NCBI GenBank assembly: GCA_964016885.1
Contig: OZ024742.1
Coordinates: 364,126,001 to 364,190,000 of the forward strand
Direction of reading: 5' to 3'
Length of the DNA stretch: 64,000 bases
Source: Eledone cirrhosa
Lineage: Eukaryota
Made by a program: the position numbers and the translations under genes
In this document: positions 14,449-28,600 of the stretch, in pieces
Numbering within the stretch: the first letter of the stretch is position 1
Layout of the letters: the number at the start of each line of letters is the position of its first letter
The notes under the pieces: model-generated
Seen by the model: only the letters and a program-made list of their open reading frames with translations
What the model was told of the DNA's origin: nothing
Database searches by the model: none

Positions 14449-16175
14449 CCAGACCATGACATGGTTCTTTGTAACCTGAGATACCACCAGCCGAAAGCTA
14501 ATCCCAGGGTCCTCTTTCCAGCCCACCCATTTGATAACATGGATCTCTACAATGCCAACTGGGATGCAATTATGAACGAACTATCACATGTCGACTGGTC
14601 TTTTACATACGCCCACACTTCCGCCAACATCAAAACATCTTGGTAGATCTTTGTAGACAGTCACAAATATATGTACAAAACACACCCCACCAAAACCTGT
14701 GAACATAACCAAGTGCAGTATCCCCCAAAACAGAAAAACAATTATCAGAAAAATAAAAAGAACAAACAAAAAATTAACACACTAAAATACTGCCAACAGC
14801 AACAAACACATTCGATGGCTATCGCCCTGCTTGAATCATGAAAATATAACCTCCAGCAATGCATGATGACCATCATCAATAACCAGAGAATAGCTGAAGA
14901 GAGGTGGGCCATTGAGAAAATCAAACTCAACCCCAAAGTGATCTTTTCATTTGCTAAGAAACACAAGGTCACCGTCTCCACTGTTGGCCCTCTAGTTGAT
15001 GAAAATGGCACACTCCAAGACAATGCCAAAACTATGGGAGAGATACTGAAGAAACAATACTGCTCTGGTTTCAACAATCCTGATATAGACGATCTGGGCT
15101 GTATCAGTGATGTTAACCCCCAGCACACTATATCAGACATAACGTTTGGTGCCGCTGATGTCTTAGCGGCAATAAACGAAATGAAACAAAATTCAGCAGT
15201 AGGCCCCGACAGGTTCCCTGCTTGTGTCCTGAAGGTATGTCGATACCAACTTGTATCTCCTCTTGCTAATCTGTGGAGGAACTCACTGTATACTGGCTAT
15301 ATTCCTGAAAACTTTCTGCCCCAGTCCATTGTCCCAGGCTTCAAAAGGGAAATAAGTCCCTTGCAGTGAACTACCGTCCCATCTCACTCACTTCTCATAT
15401 TATCAAGGTATTTGAGAGGGTGGTGAGATCACGAATAACCCACTTCCTTGACAGCAACGGCCTGCTGAACTCCAGCCAACATGGGTTCCGTAATGGAAGG
15501 GACTGCCTAACGCAGCTCCTGCATCACTTTGACGATGTTTTGAGAGCCTTGGGAGAGGGCTCTAACACTGATGTCATCTACCTTGATTTCAGCAAGGCCT
15601 TTGACAGGGTTGATCATAAGATTCTACTGAAAAAACTATCCAATGTTGGTGTCTCTGGAAGGTTACTACAGTGGATCAAATGTTTCCTGACAGGCAGAAC
15701 CCAGCATGTTGTAGTAGAAGGAGTAAAATCAAGCCCTGCCAAAGTCAGCAGTGGCGTACCACAAGGCACTGTGTTGGGCCCACTTCTTTTCATCATCTAC
15801 ATTAATGACATTACTGTCATCAGCAAGCACAGCAACATCAGAATCTTTGCAGATGATTCCAACCTCCAAAGGGTCATCAATGAGGTGGGTGACCGGACTT
15901 GCCTTCAGTCAGACCTACTGGCTGTTATCCAATGGGCAGAAATGAATAATATGCTGTTGAATGAAGATAAATTTGAATTAATCCACTTTGGAAAAAAGGA
16001 TGCCCTGAAACTAAAATACTCTATTCCTTCGGGTGAAACTCTAGTTGCATTCAATAACATCAGAGACCCGAGAGTAATTGTGGACAACAACATAAGCTGG
16101 GACACTCATATAAACAGCAAAGTTGATATGGCCCGCAGAATGTGTTCCTGGATACTTTCCAGTCGAGAGATATCC
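14449..16175 (+). mobile_element. CR1/L2-group LINE ORF2 fragment, degenerate and 3'-truncated
   Basis: DHDMVL (APE end), NYRPISLTSHIIKVFERVV, QHGFRNGR, YLDFSKAFDRVDH, SGVPQGTVLGPLLF, FADD; frameshifts; ends at the junction with a PLE. Confidence 0.88.
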
Positions 16176-17203
16176 ACTCCCTCAGAGACAGAAAGTTCTC
16201 ATTCTGGAAGATGATACAAAATCACAACAAAGCAGAGATATATGAAAAATGGCTTAACTCAACCCCTCTAACTCTCCCCCGTAAACTACAAATAAAGTCC
16301 ATTCCAAATGAACCCGAACCTCAAAGACACCTTAGGGAAAGAATGGCATTGGAAAAAATGAAGACAGAAATTGAACTTCTTAAACTGAGGGCCCAGACAA
16401 ATGAGGAAAAAATCAAAACCATCGATGAAGAGATCCTCCTAGAAATCAACAACAAAACTGAAGGCCCCAAGGTAGAGAAGATCTCCAAATTATGGAAAGG
16501 GGACTGCAACAGAGAAGAACTGAAATCCCTTCAACGCTGGGAAAAAAGTGCCGCTTGGTTCCTACACTATGAATCGACTTTTCAAACGGATTACACCTCC
16601 AATAACCCGTTCATAAAAATAGGAAAACCCATAACTGAACCGCACAACAACTTCTCAAACCCCCAAGCCTCAAACAAACGAAGAAGGAAGCACCACACCG
16701 AAGATGAACTTCCCAACCTCGCTACCATAAGAAGGAACAAAAACCCAAGAAATCATCTCCCCCAGAATGACATTTACAACTTTCCCCCTTCAAGGAGACA
16801 CCATACCAAATCACTCAACTACTACGCGGATTCCTCATCGTCAAACATAGGGAAAAGATACCACCGCCATGATAGATGCAACAACTTCCCCGCCTCAAGG
16901 GGACAGCAAGGTAATTACCATTTTCTCAACTCTCACTTCCACAATACACAACAAACCCACACCACACGATACAACCAACAACGTAGGCCACTTATAACAC
17001 CACAATACAACATGGCACATAGAAACACACACCCATACTCGCAGTACAGGAACACCCCATTCAATCTACAACCACCAACCCGAACCACATTTTACAACAA
17101 CAAGGAATATAACAAACACAGGAGACCACTTAACATCAGCAGACAACCCCTCTACCCCAACCATTTTTTAGACACAGCACACAGATACAGGCAAACAAAA
17201 TAA
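16176..17203 (+). CDS. Upstream ORF1 of a Penelope-like element (helical/coiled-coil-like N-half, N/H/R/Q-rich disordered C-half), 5'-truncated
   Basis: Open ~340 codons; its 3' half is also present upstream of RT in the second copy (about 57100-57543, minus), so it belongs to the element; the first ~11 aa of the predicted ORF come from the adjacent CR1 fragment. Confidence 0.65.
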
Positions 17204-19488
17204 CACAAGACAGGGAGGAGAAACCGATAGTAATAAAAATTATCAATCTTACTAGTGCAGAACCAACACCCAACCTTATCAACTTACTCTCCAAAGGTCT
17301 TAAATTCACACCGACCCCACTACGTCCTAACTACTATGAAATGAAGGAAGACATCACAGACTTCTGTAGAAAGTTACGACTTAGTGAACAACTATTCGAC
17401 CAGTACAATGAGGATGAATCATTAGCCAGAAATAGAAGCAATTACACCCCTTCAAAAGGTAGAAATAAAATCCTGGACGAATTCTGTGAACACATCACAA
17501 ACTTCCCTTACCAACACTTGCACAGACAAAAACACAAGCCAAACCTCAACAAGAAAGAATGGGAAGAATTAAATAGATTAAAAACCGACAGAACCATTAC
17601 AATTAAAGAGGCTGATAAAGGGAGTACAGTAGTCCTAATGGAGACAGAATTCTATATCAACTTAGCGCTCTCCACTTTGGAAAACGAAACATACTACGAA
17701 AAGGCTGAACACTACAATCAACAGAAAATTATGAGAAACCTAAAAACTCTAATCAACCAATACAAAGAAGGACTCACTAACAAGGAATTCAGCTTCATCA
17801 CAGACTTCACAAGTAAATCCAGCCTTTTCTACGGTATCCCTAAAGTACATAAAAGCGAATCAATCAGTAAGGCATGCAAGGAAGCCACAGACATAGTCAT
17901 CAATGTCCCCTCACCCAATGATCTCAAATTAAGACCTATAATAGCAGGCCCCGCTTGCGAAACGCACCGTCTTAGCAACTTCATTGATACCCTTCTCAAA
18001 CCCTTCCTCAAGCACATCAAAAGCTATATAAGGGACGACCTAGATATGCTCAATCACCTCCCTAATATGCCACTTTCTGAACAAACCCTACTAGTGACGT
18101 TCGATGTAGTCAACCTATACTCCAACATCCCCCACAACCTAGGAATAGAAGCTATCCAATTCTGGCTGGATAACTTCCACAATGAACTCCCACAACGCAT
18201 CAAAAAAGAATTCGTGATAGAGGGACTCAAATTTATCTTGGAGAACAATTACTTCGTTTTCAATAACAAACCCTACAGGCAGAAATCTGGGACCGCTATG
18301 GGAACGAAAACAGCCCCTACGTATGCCAACCTAGTCATGGGATACCTGGAAATCACCCTCTACACTAAAGTCCTAAACAAATTTGGAAACACCCTCCACT
18401 TACACATTGAAAGGAACTGGAAGCGATATCGAGATGACTGCTTCATCCTTTGGCACGAAAACATCGAAAACCTTAAAGAATTTCACACCCTTATAAATGG
18501 GCTCAACACAAATATTAACTTCACGATGGAATACAGCCATCAACAACTCCCCTTCCTCGACATCCTCATTAAGATCCATTACAAAAAAATAAAAACAGAC
18601 ATATACTACAAGCCCACAGACTCCAAGCAATACCTCCCCTTCAACTCTTGCCACCCTAGACACGTTAAAATTAATATTCCCTACAACTTAGCCAAGAGAA
18701 TCTGTACTATAGTCTCCAATAAAAACATCTGCTACTTACGGCTACAAGAACTAAAGGACACACTCATAGGCAGGGACTACCCTGCATCACTAATTGACAA
18801 TGGAATCCAACGTGCCCTAAAACTCAGTACCCAGGACCTTAGACACCCAAAAGTAAATCAACCAAAACTAAAAGATCTTCCATACATCTCCACACACAAC
18901 CCCCTCAACAACGAGGCCTTTCACACCATCCTCCAGAACATCCCTGTATTGAAAAAGGACCATAGAATGAACCAAATTCTACGAACACACGATATCATAA
19001 AGAGCAAAAGACAATCCAAGTCAATGAAAAACATCTTAACACATGCCAAAGTACTGCCAACCACAACAACGAAACCCACAGTAAAAAAATGCGATAGACC
19101 CAACTGTGGCATTTGCATCAACCTAATAGAGGGTTCGGAATTCTATTTCAAAGATGGACAACGTTTTATAGTAAAACACAATTTCACATGTGCATCGGAA
19201 AATTTAATATATGTATTAACTTGTTCAGGTTGTCGAGAACAATACATAGGCCAGACCAAAAACAGCCTCCGCCAACGCATGACTGTCCATAGATCCCAAA
19301 TTAAAATACGGGAATACAGGAAAATACCACTGAGTGAACACATTGATACCTGCGCCGCCCAAAATCATCCCAACTTCAGAATCTTTCCCCTCTACAAATT
19401 TAAAGATAATGCCACCCACACCCAGCGCATCAGCAAGGAATCTCACTTCATTAACAAATACGGACCCCGTCTAAACACTTCTCCCTAA
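17170..19488 (+). CDS. Penelope-like RT plus C-terminal GIY-YIG endonuclease (Neptune-like); frame open upstream of the first ATG at 17341
   Basis: IINLT...LLSKGLKFTPTP, IKEADKGSTVV, FYGIPKVHK, LRPIIAG, FDVVNLYSNIP, QKSGTAMGT..APTYANL, WKRYRDD, LPFLDI, SCHPRHVK..IPY, CDRPNCGIC, NLIYVLTCSGCREQYIGQT...RMTVH; uninterrupted ORF. Confidence 0.93.
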   Translation, partial: RHSTQIQANKITQDREEKPIVIKIINLTSAEPTPNLINLLSKGLKFTPTPLRPNYYEMKEDITDFCRKLRLSEQLFDQYNEDESLARNRSNYTPSKGRNKILDEFCEHITNFPYQHLHRQKHKPNLNKKEWEELNRLKTDRTITIKEADKGSTVVLMETEFYINLALSTLENETYYEKAEHYNQQKIMRNLKTLINQYKEGLTNKEFSFITDFTSKSSLFYGIPKVHKSESISKACKEATDIVINVPSPNDLKLRPIIAGPACETHRLSNFIDTLLKPFLKHIKSYIRDDLDMLNHLPNMPLSEQTLLVTFDVVNLYSNIPHNLGIEAIQFWLDNFHNELPQRIKKEFVIEGLKFILENNYFVFNNKPYRQKSGTAMGTKTAPTYANLVMGYLEITLYTKVLNKFGNTLHLHIERNWKRYRDDCFILWHENIENLKEFHTLINGLNTNINFTMEYSHQQLPFLDILIKIHYKKIKTDIYYKPTDSKQYLPFNSCHPRHVKINIPYNLAKRICTIVSNKNICYLRLQELKDTLIGRDYPASLIDNGIQRALKLSTQDLRHPKVNQPKLKDLPYISTHNPLNNEAFHTILQNIPVLKKDHRMNQILRTHDIIKSKRQSKSMKNILTHAKVLPTTTTKPTVKKCDRPNCGICINLIEGSEFYFKDGQRFIVKHNFTCASENLIYVLTCSGCREQYIGQTKNSLRQRMTVHRSQIKIREYRKIPLSEHIDTCAAQNHPNFRIFPLYKFKDNATHTQRISKESHFINKYGPRLNTSP

Positions 19489-19974
19489 GACGAACCCACA
19501 ACATACACACGTCAACATACATACCTACATCAGCACACATCTCTACCCACATATAAACACAATGACACACGTAAACACACATGCTCTATGGTGCAATACA
19601 AAAAAATATATGTGCATATATATGTATGTATATATGTATATATATATATATGTAGTGAAAATATATATGTGTGTGTGTGTGTGTATATATATATAGTGAA
19701 TATCATTTCACACCTTTTATTGTTAAGATTGTTGATGTTCTATTAAGAGAACCGATTTTACTGAAAAAATCGAATAATGTACACCATTTTACCAGGGGGG
19801 AAAAAAATACTGGTCCACCCACACACGCACACACACACACACACACATATATACACAAACACATACACACGCGTACATCAACATACAAAGAGACTTATAC
19901 ACACACACACACACACGCACTTCTCCGTATAAGACAAAAGCTGAAAAATATCTTTTGACCTTCGAATGACTCTG

Positions 19975-21474
<1,500 letters not shown>

Positions 21475-22616
21475 GAGAGAAACTAATTAATTAACGGTGG
21501 TATACATACATATTTACTTATATATACATATATACACGATAACACAATGACTCCAGCAATTTCTCATTGTCTTCAAGTCACGTTCATGCACTGAATAAAA
21601 ATACGAAGCACGCTCTTAGATTCACACACACACACAGATAAACAGACTCACACACATATAAACACAGACATACATACCTACACACAAACACACACTCACA
21701 CACACAAACACAGACGTGTGAATTCATATACACATGCTATAATTTTGTTTTAGTCAATTCTATATAAATATAGAAAAACAACTTGTATGTGATATGTTTA
21801 TATACGGATAGGAATATAGAAGGTTTTGTTGAGATGTTCTCTTCACGGCCCATTTCAGTCCCACCATGTTTCAGTTTGAACACACACACGGTCACACACA
21901 CACATACACACATGCTGCCACATACACACACATATACACACACATATACACACACACGCAGCTACACACACACATATATACACAGTTGGCTATACACAAG
22001 CATAGCTACAAAAAACACCTTTACATTAGAAGCAATCACACACACAATTACACCCCTGGGTTTACAGGTACGTGTGAGTGTGAGTGTGTGTCTGTGTGTC
22101 TGTTGACGTACACCGACTATCTCAGTCATGTAACATAGCGTTTCGACAAATAACAATCGATAAAATCCAAATCCATGCAGATCGGTGCTCCAGCTCGGCC
22201 ATCGTCTAATACGTAAAAGTATTAAAAATTAAAAGATTGTCTCTTTGTTTAACGTGTAAACACACATTACCTGTGTACATGCACACACACACACGCACAT
22301 ACACACACACGCACACACACACACACACACACACGCACGCACACGCACACACACACGGGTGTATGTATTTGAATCATGTACACATGTGTGTGCTTGTGTT
22401 CAGGCGTAGGTGTGTATGAAGATATGTGCAAGTGACATACTCAATATCAATTTAATAAATCACTTTAAGAGCTGGTATGTGTGTGTATATATATATGTGT
22501 GTGTGTGTGTGCGTGTATGAGAGACAGATTGAGAAAGAGAGAGAAAGAGATAAAAAGCGAGAGAGAGAGAGGCAGAGAGCCCTGTGCGTGACGTGTGTGG
22601 ACACCAGCGTGTGTGT

Positions 22617-25600
22617 GTGTGGTTGTATGTGTGAGCTAGCCATATATACTGTATGTGGTTGTATGTGTGTGATAGCCCTATATACTGTATGTGTGGTTGT
22701 ATGTGTGTGATAGCCATATATACTGTATGTGTGGTTGTATGTGTGTGATAGCCCTATATACTGTATGTGGTTGTATGTGTGAGCTAGCCATATATACTGT
22801 ATGTGTGGTTGTATGTGTGTGATAGCCATATATACTGTATGTGTGGTTGTATGTGTGTGATAGCCATATATACTGTATGTGTGGTTGTATGTGTGTGATA
22901 GCCCTATATACTGTATGTGTGGTTGTATGTGTGAGCTAGCCATATATACTGTATGTGTGGTTGTATGTGTGTGATAGCCATATATACTGTATGTGTGGTT
23001 GTATGTGTGTGATAGCCCTATATACTGTATGTGTGGTTGTATGTGTGTGATAGCCATATATACTGTATGTGTGGTTGTATGTGTGTGATAGCCCTATATA
23101 CTGTATGTGGTTGTATGTGTGAGCTAGCCATATATACTGTATGTGTGGTTGTATGTGTGTGATAGCCATATATACTGTATGTGTGGTTGTATGTGTGTGA
23201 TAGCCCTATATACTGTATGTGTGGTTGTATGTGTGTGATAGCCATATATACTGTATGTGTGGTTGTATGTGTGTGATAGCCATATATACTGTATGTGGTT
23301 GTATGTGTAGTGATAGCCCTATATACTGTATGTGTGGTTGTATGTGCGTGATAGCCATATATACTGTATGTGTGGTTGTATGTGTGTGATAGCCATATAT
23401 ACTGTATGTGGTTGTATGTGTGTGATAGCCATATATACTGTATGTGTGGTTGTATGTGTGTGATAGCCCTATATACTGTATGTGGTTGTATGTGTGTGAT
23501 AGCCATATATACTGTATGTGGTTGTATGTGTGTGATAGCCATATCTACTGTATGTGTGGTTGTATGTGTGTGATAGCCCTATATACTGTATGTGTGGTTG
23601 TATGTGTGTGATAGCCATATATACTGTATGTGTGGTTGTATGTGTGTGATAGCCCTATATACTGTATGTGGTTGTATGTGTGTGATAGCCCTATATACTG
23701 TATGTGGTTGTATGTGTGTGATAGCCATATATACTGTATGTGTGGTTGTATGTGTGTGATAGCCCTATATACTGTATGTGTGGTTGTATGTGTGTGATAG
23801 CCATATATACTGTATGTGTGGTTGTATGTGTGTGATAGCCCTATATACTGTATGTGGTTGTATGTGTGTGATAGCCCTATATACTGTATGTGGTTGTGTG
23901 TGTGTGATAGCCATATATACTCTATGTGTGGTTGTATGTGTGTGATAGCCCTATATACTGTATGTGTGGTTGTATGTGTGTGATAGCCATATATACTGTA
24001 TGTGTGGTTGTATGTGTGTGATAGCCCTATATACTGTATGTGGTTGTATGTGTGTGATAGCCCTATATACTGTATGTGGTTGTATGTGTGTGATAGCCAT
24101 ATATACTGTATGTGTGGTTGTATGTGTGTGATAGCCCTATATACTGTATGTGTGGTTGTATGTGTGTGATAGCCATATATACTGTATGTGTGGTTGTATG
24201 TGTGTGATAGCCATATATACTGTATGTGGTTGTATGTGTGTGATAGCCATATATACTGTATGTGTGGTTGTATGTGTGTGATAGCCCTATATACTGTATG
24301 TGGTTGTATGTGTGTGATAGCCATATATACTGTATGTGGTTGTATGTGTGTGATAGCCATATATACTGTATGTGTGGTTGTATGTGTGTGATAGCCCTAT
24401 ATACTGTATGTGTGGTTGTATGTGTGTGATAGCCATATATACTGTATGTGTGGTTGTATGTGTGTGATAGCCCTATATACTGTATGTGGTTGTATGTGTG
24501 TGATAGCCCTATATACTGTATGTGGTTGTATGTGTGTGATAGCCATATATACTGTATGTGTGGTTGTATGTGTGTGATAGCCCTATATACTGTATGTGTG
24601 GTTGTATGTGTGTGATAGCCATATATACTGTATGTGTGGTTGTATGTGTGTGATAGCCCTATATACTGTATGTGGTTGTATGTGTGTTATAGCCCTATAT
24701 ACTGTATGTGGTTGTGTGTGTGTGATAGCCATATATACTGTATGTGTGGTTGTATGTGTGTGATAGCCCTATATACTGTATGTGTGGTTGTATGTGTGTG
24801 ATAGCCATATATACTGTATGTGTGGTTGTATGTGTGTGATAGCCCTATATACTGTATGTGGTTGTATGTGTGTGATAGCCCTATATACTGTATGTGGTTG
24901 TATGTGTGTGATAGCCATATATACTGTATGTGTGGTTGTATGTGTGTGATAGCCCTATATACTGTATGTGTGGTTGTATGTGTGTGATAGCCCTATATAC
25001 TGTATGTGTGGTTGTATGTGTGTGATAGCCATATATACTGCATGTGTGGTTGTATGTGTGTGATAGCCCTATATACTGTATGTGGTTGTATGTGTGTGAT
25101 AGCCCTATATACTGTATGTGGTTGTGTGTGTGTGATAGCCATATATACTGTATGTGTGGTTGTATGTGTGTGATAGCCCTATATACTGTATGTGTGGTTG
25201 TATGTGTGTGATAGCCATATATACTGTATGTGTGGTTGTATGTGTGTGATAGCCCTATATACTGTATGTGGTTGTATGTGTGTGATAGCCCTATATACTG
25301 TATGTGGTTGTATGTGTGTGATAGCCATATATACTGTATGTGTGGTTGTATGTGTGTGATAGCCCTATATACTGTATGTGTGGTTGTATGTGTGTGATAG
25401 CCATATATACTGTATGTGTGGTTGTATGTGTGTGATAGCCATATATACTGTATGTGGTTGTATGTGTGTGATAGCCATATATACTGTATGTGTGGTTGTA
25501 TGTGTGTGATAGCCCTATATACTGTATGTGGTTGTATGTGTGTGATAGCCATATATACTGTATGTGGTTGTATGTGTGTGATAGCCATATATACTGTATG

Positions 25601-28600
25601 TGTGGTTGTATGTGTGTCATAGCCCTATATACTGTATGTGTGGTTGTATGTGTGTGATAGCCATATATACTGTATGTGTGGTTGTATGTGTGTGATAGCC
25701 ATATATACTGTATGTGGTTGTATGTGTGTTATAGCCCTATATACTGTATGTGTGGTTGCATGTGTGTGATAGCCATATATACTGTATGTGGTTGTATGTG
25801 TGTGATAGCCATATATACTGTATGTGGTTGTATGTGTGTGATAGCCCTATATACTGTACGTGTGGTTGTATGTGTGTGATAGCCATATATACTGTATGTG
25901 GTTGTATGTGTGTGATAGCCATATATACTGTATGTGTGGTTGTATGTGTGTGATAGCCATATATACTGTATGTGTGGTTGTATGTGTGTGATAGCCATAT
26001 ATACTGTATGTGGTTGTATGTGTGTGATAGCCCTATATACTGTATGTGTGGTTGTATGTGTGTGATAGCCCTATATACTGTATGTGTGGTTGTATGTGTG
26101 TGATAGCCATATATACTGTATGTGTGGTTGTATGTGTGTGATAGCCATATATACTGTATGTGGTTGTATGTGTGTGATAGCCATATATACTGTATGTGTG
26201 GTTGTATATGTGTGATAGCCATATATACTGTATGTGGTTGTATGTGTGTGATAGCCATATATATGGTATGTGGTTGTATGTGTGTGATAGCCATATATAA
26301 TGTATGTGGTTGTATGTGTGTGATAGCCATATATACTGTATGTGTGGTTGTATGTGTGTGATAGCCCTATATACTGTATGTGGTTGTATGTGTGTGATAG
26401 CCATATATACTGTATGTGGTTGTATGTGTGTGATAGCCATATATACTGTATGTGGTTGTATGTGTGTGATAGCCATATATACTGTATGTGTGGTTGTATG
26501 TGTGTGATAGCCCTATATACTGTATGTGGTTGTATGTGTGTGATAGCCATATATACTGTATGTGGTTGTATGTGCGTGATAGCCATATATACTGTATGTG
26601 TGGTTGTATGTGTGTGATAGCCATATATACTGTATGTGGTTGTATGTGTGTGATAGCCATATATACTGTATGTGTAGTTGTATGTGTGTGATAGCCATAT
26701 ATACTGTATGTGGTTGTATGTGTGTGATAGCCATATATACTGTATGTGGTTGTATGTGTGTGATAGCCATATATACTGTATGTGTGGTTGTATGTGTGTG
26801 ATAGCCCTATATACTGTATGTGGTTGTATGTGTGTGATAGCCATATATACTGTATGTGGTTGTATGTGTGTGATAGCCATATATACTGTATGTGTGGTTG
26901 TATGTGTGTGATAGCCATATATACTGTATGTGTGGTTGTATGTGTGTGATAGCCATATATACTGTATGTGTGGTTGTATGTGTGTGATAGCCATATATAC
27001 TGTATGTGTGGTTGTATGTGTGTGATAGCCCTATTTACTGTATGTGGTTGTATGTGTGTGATAGCCATATATACTGTATGTGGTTGTATTTGTGTGATAG
27101 CCATATATACTGTATGTGTGGTTGTATGTGTGTGATAGCCATATATACTGTATGTGGTTGTATGTGTGTGATAGCCATATATACTGTATGTGGTTGTATG
27201 TGTGAGATAGCCATATATACTGTATGTGGTTGTATGTGTGGTTGTATGTGTGTGATAGCCATATATACTGTATGTGGTTGTATGTGTGTGATAGCCATAT
27301 ATACTGTATGTGTGGTTGTATGTGTGTGATAGCCATATATACTGTATGTGGTTGTATGTGTGTGATAGCCCTATATACTGTATGTAGTTGTATGTGTGTG
27401 ATAGCCATATATACTGTATGTGGTTGTATGTGTGTGATAGCCATATATACTGTATGTTTGGTTGTATGTGTGTGATAGCCATATATACTGTATGTGGTTG
27501 TATGTGTGTGATAGCCATATATACTGTATGTGTGGTTGTATGTGTGTGATAGCCATATATACTGTAAGTGTGGTTGTATGTGTGTGATAGCCATATATAC
27601 TGTATGTGTGGTTGTATGTTTGTGATAGGCCTATATACTGTATGTGGTTGTATGTGTGTGATAGCCATATATACTGTATGTGTGGTTGTATGTGTGTGAT
27701 AGCCATATATACTGTATGTGGTTGTATGTGTGTGATAGCCATATATACTGTATGTGGTTGCATGTGTGTGATAGCCATATATACTGTATTTGTGGTTGTA
27801 TGTGTGTGATAGCCATATATACTGTATGTGGTTGTATGTGTGTGATAGCCATATATACTGTATGTGGTTGTATGTGTGCGATAGCCATATATACTGTATG
27901 TCTGGTTGTATGTGTGTGATAGCCATATATACTGTATGTGTGGTTGTATGTGTGTGATAGCCATATATACTGTATGTGGTTGTATGTGTGTGATAGCCAT
28001 ATATACTGTATGTGGTTGTATGTGTGTGATAGCCATATATACTGTATGTGGTTGTATGTGTGTGATAGCCATATATACTGTATGTGGTTGTATGTGTGTG
28101 ATAGCCATATAAACTGTATGTGTGGTTGTATGTGTGTGATAGCCATATATACTGTATGTGTGGTTGTATGTGTGTGATAGCCATATATACTGTATGTGGT
28201 TGTATGTGTGTGATAGCCATATATACTGTATGTGGTTGTATGTGTGTGATAGCCATATATACTGTATGTGGTTGTATGTGTGTGATAGCCATATATACTG
28301 TATGTGGTTGTATGTGTGTGATAGCCATATATACTGTATGTGTGGTTGTATGTGTTTGATAGCCATATATACTGTATGTGTGGTTGTATGTGTGTGATAG
28401 CCCTATATACTGTATGTAGTTGTATGTGTGTGATAGCCATATATACTGTATGTAGTTGTATGTGTGTGATAGCCATATATACTGTATGTGTGGTTGTATG
28501 TGTGTGATAGCCATATATACTGTATGTGGTTGTATGTGTGTGATAGCCCTATATACTGTATGTAGTTGTATGTGTGTGATAGCCATATATACTGTATGTG

